From a virus (taxonomy: Duplodnaviria > Caudoviricetes): a stretch of 64,000 bases of DNA. The notes below the pieces were generated by a model that saw nothing but the letters and a program-made list of their open reading frames with translations, was not told the origin of the DNA and did no database searches. The position numbers and the translations under genes are program-made. Positions 45,201 through 53,810 of this stretch are shown piece after piece; position 1 is the stretch's first letter, and every line of letters starts with the position of its first letter. The DNA lies in IMG/VR virus record IMGVR_UViG_2933953506_000002, positions 51,775 through 115,774 of that record; one strand, written 5' to 3'.

Positions 45201-46162
45201 CGCGCGGCATCATCGCGTACGGCGTGCCGGCCACGACCGTGACGTCGACCGGCACGGAGATCGGCTACTTCGAGCTGCCTGCCACGCTCGTCGCCGGCCG
45301 GATGTACCGCATCAAGTTCCACGCCACGGCCGACTTCGACACCGCCAACGACGGTGAGGCCCGGGTCTACCTCCGGGACGGTGGGGCGTCCACACCCACG
45401 ATCAATTCGACGCTGCGCCAGCACTGCATCCTCACCCCGTCGCACACGGGCCGGTACTGGACGGCCGAGCTGGAGCACATCGCGCCGGCAAGCGCACTCG
45501 GTGCAGGCCTGCACCGGTTCCTGCTCAGCTTCAACAACGAGGGCAGCACCAGCGGCACGACGTTCGAACTCGGCCTGCCCACCACCGGCAGGACTTGCTA
45601 CTTCATCGTCGAGGACATCGGCCCCGAGATCCCGAAGACCGGCGGCTACAACACCGGAGGCGGCACAGCCACCCCGCCCGTCATCCAGTACACCAAGACG
45701 TACAACGCCACCTGGTCCGGCTCGTACGCCGCCCGCGGCTCGTACAACTCGTACTACGGGAACTCTTGCTACCAGGGCTACTACAGCTCGACCAACGGCA
45801 TGCAGGCCAGTCTCATTGGTTTCTCGTCCGCCCTGGGCACCGACTTGTCCGGCGCGACCATCCAGAAAGCCGAGGTCTACCTGTATTTCGATCACTGGTA
45901 CAACAACAGCGGCGGCAAGGCAGTGATCAAGGCCCACGGCTTCACATCGCGACCGTCCACGTTCTCCTGCGACCCCGAGTCCAAGACGATCTCCTGGGCG
46001 AAGAACGAGGGCAAGTGGGTGGACATCACATCGGTGTTCGACTCCACCAAGTGGCGGGGCATCGCCCTGGACCCAAACACCTCCGGCCTGACGTACTACG
46101 GCCGCGCCCGGGGCTACGGCCAGACCAACCCGCCGAAGCTCCGCGTCACCTACACCAAGTGA
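42230..46162 (+). CDS. Tail fibre / host-specificity protein with carbohydrate-binding-like domains
   Basis: 10-aa (A/S)(I/V)TxxK(I/L)A repeats; two NxxxDPSFE beta-sandwich modules. Confidence 0.85.
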   Translation: MVNFLDGQSDAKRFAALLADYDRRLKDLERTSKAAYTSVEGGTLDIYTEDGTLAGSVGVQPDGGIALVPEPAAAAAPPTPGAPTVTSALSGLTVTWDGWWDDSNAPPTDFAAMQVHVGAAADFTPDATTLAAAIVDVTGGSVSLALEGYDERWIRLVALNTAGLVSAPSVGVSGKARQAVEQDLVDGMVTEVKLAESAVTQAKIALGAVGAAALADGAVLEEKLAKAAVTLGKIADGAVTINALGGALSDSAAQRYVDAMGDPAAWTVNAQGTGATWTHKSGIADAPTGQTVGEAAGFARLLGNTVIPYEPGVLYRLSARVRLTAGASNSFYIGVAGIAADGVTLVNRDGVHGSANSHYYVAASGKAIAQADGWVQVIGFIKDRAAAGVSGSAGPNNDPRAAGLAHADVRFIAPYIWLNYAGQGTTSTSVMQVDCVTLEALKTGIVDSVNLVAGSVTTAALATDSVTAGKVAADAISARELQANSVTAQELAANSVTANAVAAGAITAEKLTVVGGTNILPDPSFEGAVAASLVVGLSYASQDKTRGNGSAASLKIDSRSATAVFRDIPLTLIPCLAGDQLHLATDYYLSADWAGSSVNIHARWEDAAGAILGYGVIGTTTVVREAWTRLAGTTTAPAGTVRAAIRLQAASATAGDAWFDNAALRPLVPGVQIADGAITAPKILAGAITTDKLVALAVTAEKIASLAITTDKLAALAVTADKLAVNSVTATKIAAGVIDATHIKAGSLTADRLSLGTDGNLIADPSFEGAVSAQRVAGSTAWTVVAGGNGTAQALRVNAASPPDMLLVGPIPAVPGQKMYLAVDYFASTDWVGDRISIYAEWRDASGTPLDAAVITTGTGLATLGAWTRISGVSAVAAPSGTTQVVVRIKSVTSTAGSVLWDNADAKFVTASGFAGARAELSPIGLQLFDEAGEEAVALLTGRPNYLTLSADGVPVATIDQEGKAGFQAMAIADGLTIGGDDLLTILDQRPRGIIAYGVPATTVTSTGTEIGYFELPATLVAGRMYRIKFHATADFDTANDGEARVYLRDGGASTPTINSTLRQHCILTPSHTGRYWTAELEHIAPASALGAGLHRFLLSFNNEGSTSGTTFELGLPTTGRTCYFIVEDIGPEIPKTGGYNTGGGTATPPVIQYTKTYNATWSGSYAARGSYNSYYGNSCYQGYYSSTNGMQASLIGFSSALGTDLSGATIQKAEVYLYFDHWYNNSGGKAVIKAHGFTSRPSTFSCDPESKTISWAKNEGKWVDITSVFDSTKWRGIALDPNTSGLTYYGRARGYGQTNPPKLRVTYTK

Positions 46163-46174
46163 GGAGCCTCCGCC

Positions 46175-46579
46175 ATGCCTGCTCTACCGCTGTCCCTGCA
46201 AGCCATCTGCGGTCTCGCCACAGAGCCGACGTTACTGCCCCGCGTTCGCATGGCCATCGCGATGATCGCGCAGGAAGTGTTCGCCGAACCCCCGGACACT
46301 CCCGGGTATCCCGCCCGCTGGAACCTCTCGAAGACCGTCCTCAGCCCCACCGAACCGCAGGCCGCCCAGATGATGGTCGGCATCGTCGCCTCGCCACCCA
46401 TGATTGCGGCGGCCGCGGCCGCCGCCGCTGCCGCCGGCGGCGCCACGGACCCCACGGCCATGGCCGCAGCCATCACGGACGACGAGATCCTTAACGCGAT
46501 CCGAATGGGCTGGAATGCCGTCGCCGGTGTCGGCCCCACGTCCGCCGAGACGACGCGGCTCGAGGAGGCCGAGACGTAA
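46175..46579 (+). CDS. Hypothetical tail-associated protein
   Basis: GAGGAG RBS; ITDDEIL...WNAVAG. Confidence 0.75.
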   Translation: MPALPLSLQAICGLATEPTLLPRVRMAIAMIAQEVFAEPPDTPGYPARWNLSKTVLSPTEPQAAQMMVGIVASPPMIAAAAAAAAAAGGATDPTAMAAAITDDEILNAIRMGWNAVAGVGPTSAETTRLEEAET

Positions 46580-46666
46580 GGGCCCGGCGTGGTGCAGCGT
46601 TCCGGGCTGCGGGGAGCCGCGGACCTCAACAGGTCCCGGCTCCCGCGCACCCCTACCTGACGACCG

Positions 46667-47065
46667 ATGACCGAGGAGGCGCTCGTGGAGTGGCTCACCT
46701 CTCTGGCGCCTGTCCTCTCCCCCCTCTTCGGCATGACGGGCGTGCTGGGCGGGGCGTGGCTGGTGTACCGGAGCAACAACCGCAAGACCACCACCGTGGA
46801 TTCGGTGCAGACCATGGTCCAGGGCTTCACCCAACTCCTGGAGCAGCAGCGGGCGACGAACACACAGACGCTCGAGCGGGTGACCACCCTGGAAAACCGC
46901 GTCGAGCGCCTGGAGGAGGAACAGAGGCAGTGGCGGCGGTGGAAGGCCGCGGCAGTCGAGTACATCCACCAGCTCCGCGCCCTGCTCCTCAAGCTCTACG
47001 AGCACCCCGCCCCAGCCGCGCCCCGTGAGATTGCCGAGGACCTGGGCGACGGGCCCGACGGCTGA
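46667..47065 (+). CDS. Membrane-anchored coiled-coil protein (lysis-cassette type)
   Basis: N-terminal TM followed by a coiled coil. Confidence 0.7.
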   Translation: MTEEALVEWLTSLAPVLSPLFGMTGVLGGAWLVYRSNNRKTTTVDSVQTMVQGFTQLLEQQRATNTQTLERVTTLENRVERLEEEQRQWRRWKAAAVEYIHQLRALLLKLYEHPAPAAPREIAEDLGDGPDG

Positions 47066-47072
47066 TCCAGCA

Positions 47073-47103
47073 CGCGACGCAAGGAGGCCGCCTCGCGCAC
47101 AGT
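47073..47103 (+). promoter_or_regulatory. Late-promoter-like motif CGCGAC-N19-CACAGT
   Basis: Conserved spacing, intergenic. Confidence 0.75.
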
Positions 47104-47140
47104 CCGCCCGACACACAACCTCGTTGAAGGGCAGGACCTC

Positions 47141-47464
47141 ATGTCGCAGACGCTCGAATCCCTCTCCAACGGCGCCCAGGTGGGCGCCGTGCTGCCGCTC
47201 CTCACCGCGGTGGTGCAGAAGCCCGCCTGGTCGGCGAAGTACAAGAAGGCCGTGGCGGTCGTGGCCGCGCTCGTCGCCGGCGTCTTCGCCGTGGCAGCAG
47301 ACGGCGGATGGGCCCAGTTCCAGCACGGACAGCTCACAGCCGCGACCCTCCTCGGCGTCCTGGCGGCCTCACAGACGACCTACGACCTCGTCTGGAAGCC
47401 GAGCAAGCTCGCCCCCATGATCGAGGCCCTGACCACCAAGAAAACGGCTCAGCAGGCCGAATAG
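47141..47464 (+). CDS. Holin-like protein
   Basis: 107 aa, three hydrophobic segments, charged C-terminus. Confidence 0.7.
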   Translation: MSQTLESLSNGAQVGAVLPLLTAVVQKPAWSAKYKKAVAVVAALVAGVFAVAADGGWAQFQHGQLTAATLLGVLAASQTTYDLVWKPSKLAPMIEALTTKKTAQQAE

Positions 47465-47505
47465 CGCCCAGGGCACCTGCCCGGCCCTTCGCCGGCGGGT
47501 ACCAT

Positions 47506-47726
47506 CAGCACTCGAGGTGGCCGTACCGCTGCCGCGACAACAGCGTTGAGATAGCCGTCAGGCGTCATTGGATTCTCGGACACCGCGGTGACCCTTCTCC
47601 AGGGACGCGCCTGACACCAGGCATCGAGACCACCGGGTGCGTGCAGAGCACTCGGGGCCGGGGAGCACTGCTCAGCGATGAGCCGGCACACGCTGTCGCA
47701 AAGCTCGGTACGGCCACCTCTTGCTG
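47506..47726 (+). ncRNA. Candidate structured ncRNA or 5' leader (~220 nt)
   Basis: Perfect 15-bp closing stem 47514-47528/47706-47720, three internal hairpins, GCGA tetraloop, TACCAT -10-like box at 47500-47505. Confidence 0.6.
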
Positions 47727-47779
47727 CCCCGGCAGCGCCGAGAGCAGCGGGCCCCCCAACCCGAGGAGGAACAGACCGC

Positions 47780-48601
47780 ATGGCCGAAGCACAGGAGATC
47801 GAGGCGGAGATCAAACGCCTGTCAGGCATGTCTCCCGATGGCCTGATGAACGCGGTCGTCCAGTACGTCACCGGCGGGTCCAAGACCGGCGCCCCACGCG
47901 ACGTCCAAGGCGCGGCACTGCTCTCCCCTCAGATGGCTCCGCGGACCCTCGATGCGCTGGAGCTGGCCCTCAAGCGGGTGCGCAGCTTCATGCCCCGCCA
48001 GGAGGGCGAGAGCAAGAACCAGCAGGCGGCCCGCATCGCTCCGTTCCGGGCAGCTCTCCAGGCGGCCACGCGTCCGTACGAGGACGTCGTCGACGACCTC
48101 GCACACGAGGAAGCCAAACAGCTCGCCGCGCTCGACGACGAGACGTTCGCCCGTCGGTGGACAGCGTTCGTCCGCGACCAGCCGGTCACAGGACCGGTGC
48201 CGCGGCGGGTGCAGGCTCTCGCCTTCCGCTCACCGAGAGTAGCGAGCAGGGCTGAGGCGATCTGCCGTCTGATGATGGAGGAACCGGCCCGGTTCCTGCC
48301 GTCGGCCGCGGCTGGCGAAAGCCGCAAGGCGCGCGATGCCCGGGTCAAGGAGTTCCGCGACCGGGTCCTGGCGGAAGCGCGCTTCCTGCGGTACGCCATC
48401 CAGTACGCCGAGGCGCGCCACGGCCGGATGCCGAGCGAGCCGAACGTCCGACTGCGCGCGCTCCGTCTCCTCGGCCAGCAGCACCCCGAGGAGCTGTCGA
48501 GTCTCCTGCGCCAGGTCCGCGAGGAGCTGATGGAAGGGAAGAAGCAGGCGCGCCGAGACGCACGAGCGGTCCGCCGTGTCGCCGGGCGGAGCGCGCCGTA
48601 A
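47780..48601 (+). CDS. Hypothetical Arg-rich helical protein
   Basis: GAGGAGG RBS before ATG 47780; high-GC3 codon pattern. Confidence 0.8.
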   Translation: MAEAQEIEAEIKRLSGMSPDGLMNAVVQYVTGGSKTGAPRDVQGAALLSPQMAPRTLDALELALKRVRSFMPRQEGESKNQQAARIAPFRAALQAATRPYEDVVDDLAHEEAKQLAALDDETFARRWTAFVRDQPVTGPVPRRVQALAFRSPRVASRAEAICRLMMEEPARFLPSAAAGESRKARDARVKEFRDRVLAEARFLRYAIQYAEARHGRMPSEPNVRLRALRLLGQQHPEELSSLLRQVREELMEGKKQARRDARAVRRVAGRSAP

Positions 48602-49320
48602 GGGCGCGCGACACCGGCCGGATCGTGGAGAGAGGGCGCGCCTGGGGCGCGCCCTTCGTCGTCTCCGGGCGCGCGCGAGCGGCCCGGCCAGGCGCGCCAC
48701 TGGCGCGCGCTCGAGGGGAACCGGCGCGCGCTCGATCAGTACCCGCGCCGCGCGGCGCGGCCGGACCGCGCGGTCGACGGCGCGCTCGAGGACCCGCGCC
48801 GTACTCGCCGCGCGCTGCGCTGGCCCGTTCACCCCGCGCCAGGCATGCGCGCGCCACGCAGCCCACCGGGCGCGCCTCGATGAATTCGCAGGTCACAGGG
48901 CGCGCGTCATCGACTCCGAGGGGCGCGCCGTCCTGAGCGCGCCATACCGCGCGGCTACGCAGGCGTGGGCGCGCCGGTCGAGATCAAGCGCGCCGCGCCG
49001 CGCGAATCGGTGGGCGCGCTGCGCGCCGATCGGGGGCGCGCCCTTCCCCGGCGCGCGCCATCGCGAGGGTTCGCAGGCACGCCAAGATCAGCGCGCGGCG
49101 CGCCCCACGGAGGCGCGCCCTGGGTCCCGTATGGCGCGCGTCGGATGGCGCGGGCGCGCCCCGGGAGGCGATCACGGGCGCGCCGGCCACCGACCGGAGG
49201 CACGTCTGCAGGCGGGGGCAGGGCGCGCCGCGCGCCCCGTGAGGTGAGGTGAGGTGACGCAGGGAGGGAGGCGCGCGAGAGCGGTGGGCGCGCCCCAGGG
49301 GCCCCGGGCGCGCGTCACCT
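48590..49320. repeat. Non-coding tract densely packed with GCGCGC/GGCGCGCC motifs
   Basis: About 30 separate GCGCGC sites counted by eye in ~730 bp between convergent genes. Confidence 0.85.
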
Positions 49321-51026
49321 CACTGCCCTGCGGGCGCGCTGTCGAAGTAGGGGGCGAACTTCTTAGCGAGACCAAGATCCGGCATCGGCGCGCGCCGGTA
49401 GACGTCGGCGAGGACGGCCTGGTCGTTCTCCTCCAGGAGCGCGATCACCTCGGCGCGCTGCCCCTGCACGAAGTCCCGGAGCTGAGCCAAACCCGGCTCT
49501 CCGTTCGCGTAGATCGGCTGGAGGAGGTCACGCCGAGTAGTGAACTTCAAGCGGGCCTGTACCTCGGCTTCGTCGAGCAGAGCCTGGCGCGCGAACTCCG
49601 TCGGGTCGTTCGGCTTCTTCTTCGGGGCGCGTCTGGCCGCGGGCCGGGCCGGGATGTCCTGCGGCTCCTCGGCCGCGCTGGTGTCCTCGGGTGTCTCAGC
49701 GGACGGCGGCTCCTCGGCCTGCGGGTCCGGCGGCGGAGGGGTGGCGCCTTCGGCCGGAGGCTCCTGCTCGGGCGTGGGCGGGACCGGCGCCGAGGACTCC
49801 GGCGGCGTCTCGCGGTGCTCGCGCGCCTGGTCCTGCTCGACCGCGGCCGGCGGAGTGCTGGTCGTCTCTGCCTGCCCGGCGTCGGTGCCGGTCGTCTCTC
49901 CCTGCTTCTTGTCCCCCGCGCCCTGCTGGCGCTTCTCGGCCTGTGCCTTGATGTACGCGAGGGAGCGGGTGATCAGGGCGTCCGCGCTCATCTTCCCGAG
50001 CCGGGACTCGGTGGGGATCTGCTGAAGGGTGCGGATGCCCCACTCCTCGCGGATGCCCTGCAGGGCCATCTCGGGGTTGGTCGGGTCTTCCAGCGCCTTC
50101 TTGATGAGCGCGGCCGCCTTCGGGCCGGTCAGCTCGTTGTCCGCGGGGCGCTGCTGAGCACGCTGGGGCTGGGGTGGCTGGGTGGGCTGCTGCTCGTCGA
50201 GGTAGGCCTCCGGGCGCGACTCGGTGACCTGACGGTGTGTGGCCGCTTCCTCGAACCCCATACGGCGCAAAAGGGCGTCGATGCTGAAGTCCTCGAACGG
50301 GACGGTATCGCCGGGCTTCACGTCCCAGTGCAGGGTGCGCACTCCCGTCAGGTACGCATCACCGATGCCGCGCATCTCCACGATCGCGTCGACGGCGGCC
50401 GGGAGATTCTTCTCCGCCTTGATCTTCCGGGTCGTGTTGCGGGTGGGCTTGTCGTTCTCGAAGGCCGTGACAACCTCCTGACGGGCGATCATCACCACGG
50501 GCCCGGCGTGGCGGCGGAGCATCCAAAGGATCTCGCCCCACCTGTCCTTGGCCCGGTTCCACAAGTCAGGGTCGACGACGACCGGATCGTCCAGGCTGGG
50601 TGCGCGACGACGGCTCTCCTGTGCCTTGTTCACGGCTCGTCGCCGGGCGAACAGGGCCTGCTCGTCGCTGATCATGTCCCACAGGTTGGAGCCATTGTCG
50701 ATGACGATCATGTTCGGCTTGCCCGCGACGCGTTGCGGCTGGTGCACGGCCCATCGGATGGCGTCGAGGATGTCCTGGTAACTGCCGTCATGCGGAACGA
50801 TCTCGTAGTTGGCGCCAGGGACTCGACCGTAGTAGTCGGCTGTTCCCTCAGACCCGCCGATCTCGATCCAGAACGCGATGCCGATCAGGTCGGAGCCGGT
50901 ACCACGGGCGGCCTCGTGGCTCTTGCCGCATTTCTCCGGACCGCACAGCACGATCATGGGCGGGTTGGGGAGACCGGTCGGCCGGCGGGACTTGCGTTCA
51001 CGCAAGGGCGTGGTGATACCAGGCAT
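49320..51026 (-). CDS. AAA_24/Sak4-like P-loop ATPase with a long C-terminal extension
   Basis: GPEKCGKS Walker A, MIVIDN Walker B, VVMIARQ. Confidence 0.8.
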   Translation of the reverse strand: MPGITTPLRERKSRRPTGLPNPPMIVLCGPEKCGKSHEAARGTGSDLIGIAFWIEIGGSEGTADYYGRVPGANYEIVPHDGSYQDILDAIRWAVHQPQRVAGKPNMIVIDNGSNLWDMISDEQALFARRRAVNKAQESRRRAPSLDDPVVVDPDLWNRAKDRWGEILWMLRRHAGPVVMIARQEVVTAFENDKPTRNTTRKIKAEKNLPAAVDAIVEMRGIGDAYLTGVRTLHWDVKPGDTVPFEDFSIDALLRRMGFEEAATHRQVTESRPEAYLDEQQPTQPPQPQRAQQRPADNELTGPKAAALIKKALEDPTNPEMALQGIREEWGIRTLQQIPTESRLGKMSADALITRSLAYIKAQAEKRQQGAGDKKQGETTGTDAGQAETTSTPPAAVEQDQAREHRETPPESSAPVPPTPEQEPPAEGATPPPPDPQAEEPPSAETPEDTSAAEEPQDIPARPAARRAPKKKPNDPTEFARQALLDEAEVQARLKFTTRRDLLQPIYANGEPGLAQLRDFVQGQRAEVIALLEENDQAVLADVYRRAPMPDLGLAKKFAPYFDSAPAGQ

Positions 51027-51142
51027 CGGTGATCCTTCGTTCGGGACGCGCGGGTTGCTCTGCCCGCGCAGAATGAGACAGCTGAACCGTTAAGCTCTCA
51101 CAGTCTCATTGCTGCACCATTCTACCCGCATGAAGGCCTGCC

Positions 51143-51553
51143 TCAATGCCTGTTCAGCAGATCAGCGACAGGTTTTTCGAGGTCAGGGTCGTGATCCTCG
51201 CGATGCCGGGCGTACCAGGCGTCCAGGTCCTCTGCGCCTTCGTCCTCGGAGTCGGCCTCGTCCTCGTGCGCGCTCCACTCGGCGACGGCGTCCGCGTACT
51301 CCCCCTCGACCGTCTTCGGGTCGCGACGGTTCAGCGCCTTGCTGATCTCCTGCCAGTCGGCGCCGGCCAGGGCTTCGCCGAGTACGACTCGGTCCACGTA
51401 CTCGTTGACCATCTGTCGCAGTTCGCGTGCGCGCCGGATGCGCTCGGTGGAACTGACGGGCTCGGCTGTCGCGCCGACCGCCTGACGGGCCAGGTCGGAA
51501 AGGTCGCGTGCGGCACGGGCGGCGGCGATCCGGGCCAGGATCTCCGGTCTCAT
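51143..51553 (-). CDS. Hypothetical protein
   Basis: GADWQEISKAL HTH-like segment; start uncertain. Confidence 0.65.
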   Translation of the reverse strand: MRPEILARIAAARAARDLSDLARQAVGATAEPVSSTERIRRARELRQMVNEYVDRVVLGEALAGADWQEISKALNRRDPKTVEGEYADAVAEWSAHEDEADSEDEGAEDLDAWYARHREDHDPDLEKPVADLLNRH

Positions 51554-51631
51554 GAACGGTCCGATCATGCAGGCGGCGGGCACCCCCGTGGAGGGTGCCC
51601 GCCGCGTTGGTGCGGGTGGGTGCAGCATGCC

Positions 51632-52870
51632 TTACGGCCGTGCTGCGGTCATCACGTCCTCGACCGTGAAGTTATCGGGCAGGGTCTGGTTCAGGAGTTT
51701 GGCCGCGTACGTGGAGAGCAGGCGGCGGCGGACCTTGCGGCCGTTCTGCGCGGTCTGGCCCATCGCCCGTCCGATGGCGGAGCCGGTCAGGTCTCCGCTG
51801 TTGAAGCGGTCTATGTCGCGGGCCTGGATCGCATCCTTGATCATGTCGTACACCTGCGCCTCGGTGAGCGGGGTCGACGTCGGCGCCGGAGTCGGGGCGG
51901 GTGACTGAGCAGCGGGCGCGGGGGATGGGGCTGGGACTGAGGCCGGGGCCGCTGTGGGTGCGGGAACGGTGGCGGTCACCCGGCGGGGCGTCGCCTGGGC
52001 AGCCGGGACGGGCGCGAGCGGCTTGGCGACCGGTGCCGCGGGAGCGGGCAGAGCAGCGAAGGGCCCGGCGGTCTCGATGCCGGCCGCGGCGAGCCCGTCC
52101 GGGGCGGTCTCGGCGAGGGGGATGCCGTTGCGCGCCAGGCGCAGCGGCAGCAGTGCCTCGACCGGCGCCTTCCGGCGCCACTTCCGGCCGAACCGTCCGT
52201 GGAGCTTGGCCTGGTAGACCAGGCGCTCCTGCTCCAGTTTGAGGGCGGTGTCGTACGACTCCTGCTCCCACAGGTTCATGCGGCGCCACAGCACGAACGT
52301 GGGCCCCGGGGAGAGGAGCCAGCGCTTCCAGCGGACCTTGTCGAGGCGGCGGCGACGGCCGGTCGCGGCGCCGATGCGGACGGCGTAGGCGTGTGCGGCG
52401 ATCTCGGAAACGCCGACCCACAGCAGGGAGATCGCGCCGTGTGCGACCTTCGCCCACAGGGAGTTGCCCGCGGCGACGTTCAGGGCGCAGGTGATCAGGC
52501 TCAGCGCCCAGGGCACGAACCGCACCCACGCCAGAGCCATGTCCATACGGATCAGGTAGAGGTTGGCCGCGGTGAACACGGGAATTGCCGAGTCGATGGA
52601 CACGGGCAGCACCCACGGGTCATCGAATCCCCAGGACACCGCTTTGAGGGAGACCGCGTCGAAGGACGCGTAGAAGCCCAGGGCGCCGACGCCGACGGCG
52701 AGCAGCGAGGTGAGGACGGCGCCGAAGCACTCCCAGCGGGTGAGCGGCGGCACTCCGGACTCGGTGAGCGGCTTCGGCTGCTTCGCCCTGCCCTTACGGG
52801 CACGCAAAAACGGCAGGTTCGACAAGACACCATCCCTTCGTTCGGGTCGCCCCGGCCGACGTATGCTCAT
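51632..52870 (-). CDS. DUF2637-type membrane protein
   Basis: GFYASFDAV...WVLPVSID...LNVAAG...RWLLSPGPTF.LWRRM.LWE pattern seen in actinomycete mobile elements. Confidence 0.8.
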   Translation of the reverse strand: MSIRRPGRPERRDGVLSNLPFLRARKGRAKQPKPLTESGVPPLTRWECFGAVLTSLLAVGVGALGFYASFDAVSLKAVSWGFDDPWVLPVSIDSAIPVFTAANLYLIRMDMALAWVRFVPWALSLITCALNVAAGNSLWAKVAHGAISLLWVGVSEIAAHAYAVRIGAATGRRRRLDKVRWKRWLLSPGPTFVLWRRMNLWEQESYDTALKLEQERLVYQAKLHGRFGRKWRRKAPVEALLPLRLARNGIPLAETAPDGLAAAGIETAGPFAALPAPAAPVAKPLAPVPAAQATPRRVTATVPAPTAAPASVPAPSPAPAAQSPAPTPAPTSTPLTEAQVYDMIKDAIQARDIDRFNSGDLTGSAIGRAMGQTAQNGRKVRRRLLSTYAAKLLNQTLPDNFTVEDVMTAARP

Positions 52871-52974
52871 GGCCGTCCGGGTCGACCAAACGATATAGCG
52901 TCTTTCCTTCGCACGCTCTGACGTAATTCACACCGCGTCAGTTTCGTCCCGTAAGGGGGCATTTCTCGGCGCGG

Positions 52975-53805
52975 TCACCAGTCGAGAGGCTTCTCCGGCT
53001 TCCGTCGGTCCGGTCCGTGGATCTTCACGAGGTGGGCGGAGGCTTCGAGCCGGGACAGAAGCCGCTCGCCGAGGATATCCACCACACCCAAGCCGGGGTG
53101 TTCCTCAGACCGGCGGCTGCGCAGGTTTGTGGAGAACGCCGTGGCGCGGCCGGCCGCGAGCCGGGAGTCGATCAGGTCGATGGTCTCCTTGCGGGCGAAC
53201 TCCGTGGCGGTCATGTCCATCTCGCCGCACAGCTCGTCGAGAATCAGCAGATCGCAGGTGACGAACCGCTCCCGCACCTGGTGCGCGGTCAGGTTGTGCG
53301 GAGCGGAGTCGGGACGGCGCCACGTCAGGTAGGTGGCGTGCTTCACGAACCGCACGACCAGGCCCTGCTCCGCGGCCTCGTTGCCGAGCGCGCACACTGC
53401 AGCCGTCTTTCCGCTGCCGATGTTCCCCGGCACGATCAGGTTCAGGACCTCCGGCCGCGCCTCGCGCTTCTTCGCCTCAACCAGTGAACTCATCCAGTTC
53501 CGCAAGGTGTTCGGCTTCTGGCTCGGGTCCAAGTGCTCGAAGCGGAAGTGCAGGTACTCGTCGTGCGCCGCGTCCGTCATGCTGTTCCTCCACAAGTTCC
53601 GCCGTGCGCGGGCCTGCGGAACACTCACGTCCTCCCACAGACCGTCTTCCGGCTCCGGCTGCGCAGGCACGCCGAGCTTGGACATGTCCGCCCCGCCGCG
53701 CTCCAGAACAGCCATCAGGTGCTCGCTGAGCGCGCCGAAGGAGTTCATCCCGCGGGCCGGTGCGGGGACCGCCGGGGCGTCCGTGGTGAGAGACATCAGG
53801 GTCAC
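52975..53805 (-). CDS. DnaC/IstB-like ATPase (helicase loader)
   Basis: GNIGSGKT, DLLILDEL, STNL, ERLLSRL, GPDRR. Confidence 0.85.
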   Translation of the reverse strand: MTLMSLTTDAPAVPAPARGMNSFGALSEHLMAVLERGGADMSKLGVPAQPEPEDGLWEDVSVPQARARRNLWRNSMTDAAHDEYLHFRFEHLDPSQKPNTLRNWMSSLVEAKKREARPEVLNLIVPGNIGSGKTAAVCALGNEAAEQGLVVRFVKHATYLTWRRPDSAPHNLTAHQVRERFVTCDLLILDELCGEMDMTATEFARKETIDLIDSRLAAGRATAFSTNLRSRRSEEHPGLGVVDILGERLLSRLEASAHLVKIHGPDRRKPEKPLDW

Positions 53806-53810
53806 GCTCC

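Noticed and set aside
46405-46445. Poly-Ala GCC/GCG run
   Set aside because: Simple low-complexity coding stretch with no further structure.
47506-47726. Structured region as a tRNA or retron msr-msd
   Set aside because: No tRNA cloverleaf or T-loop consensus, and no reverse transcriptase motif recognised in the window.
48590-49320. GCGCGC tract as a CRISPR array or as protein-coding (ORFs 48576-49247, 48955-49203 and others)
   Set aside because: The repeat unit is only 6-8 bp with irregular spacers and there are no cas genes; translations are R/A/G/P low-complexity without an RBS.
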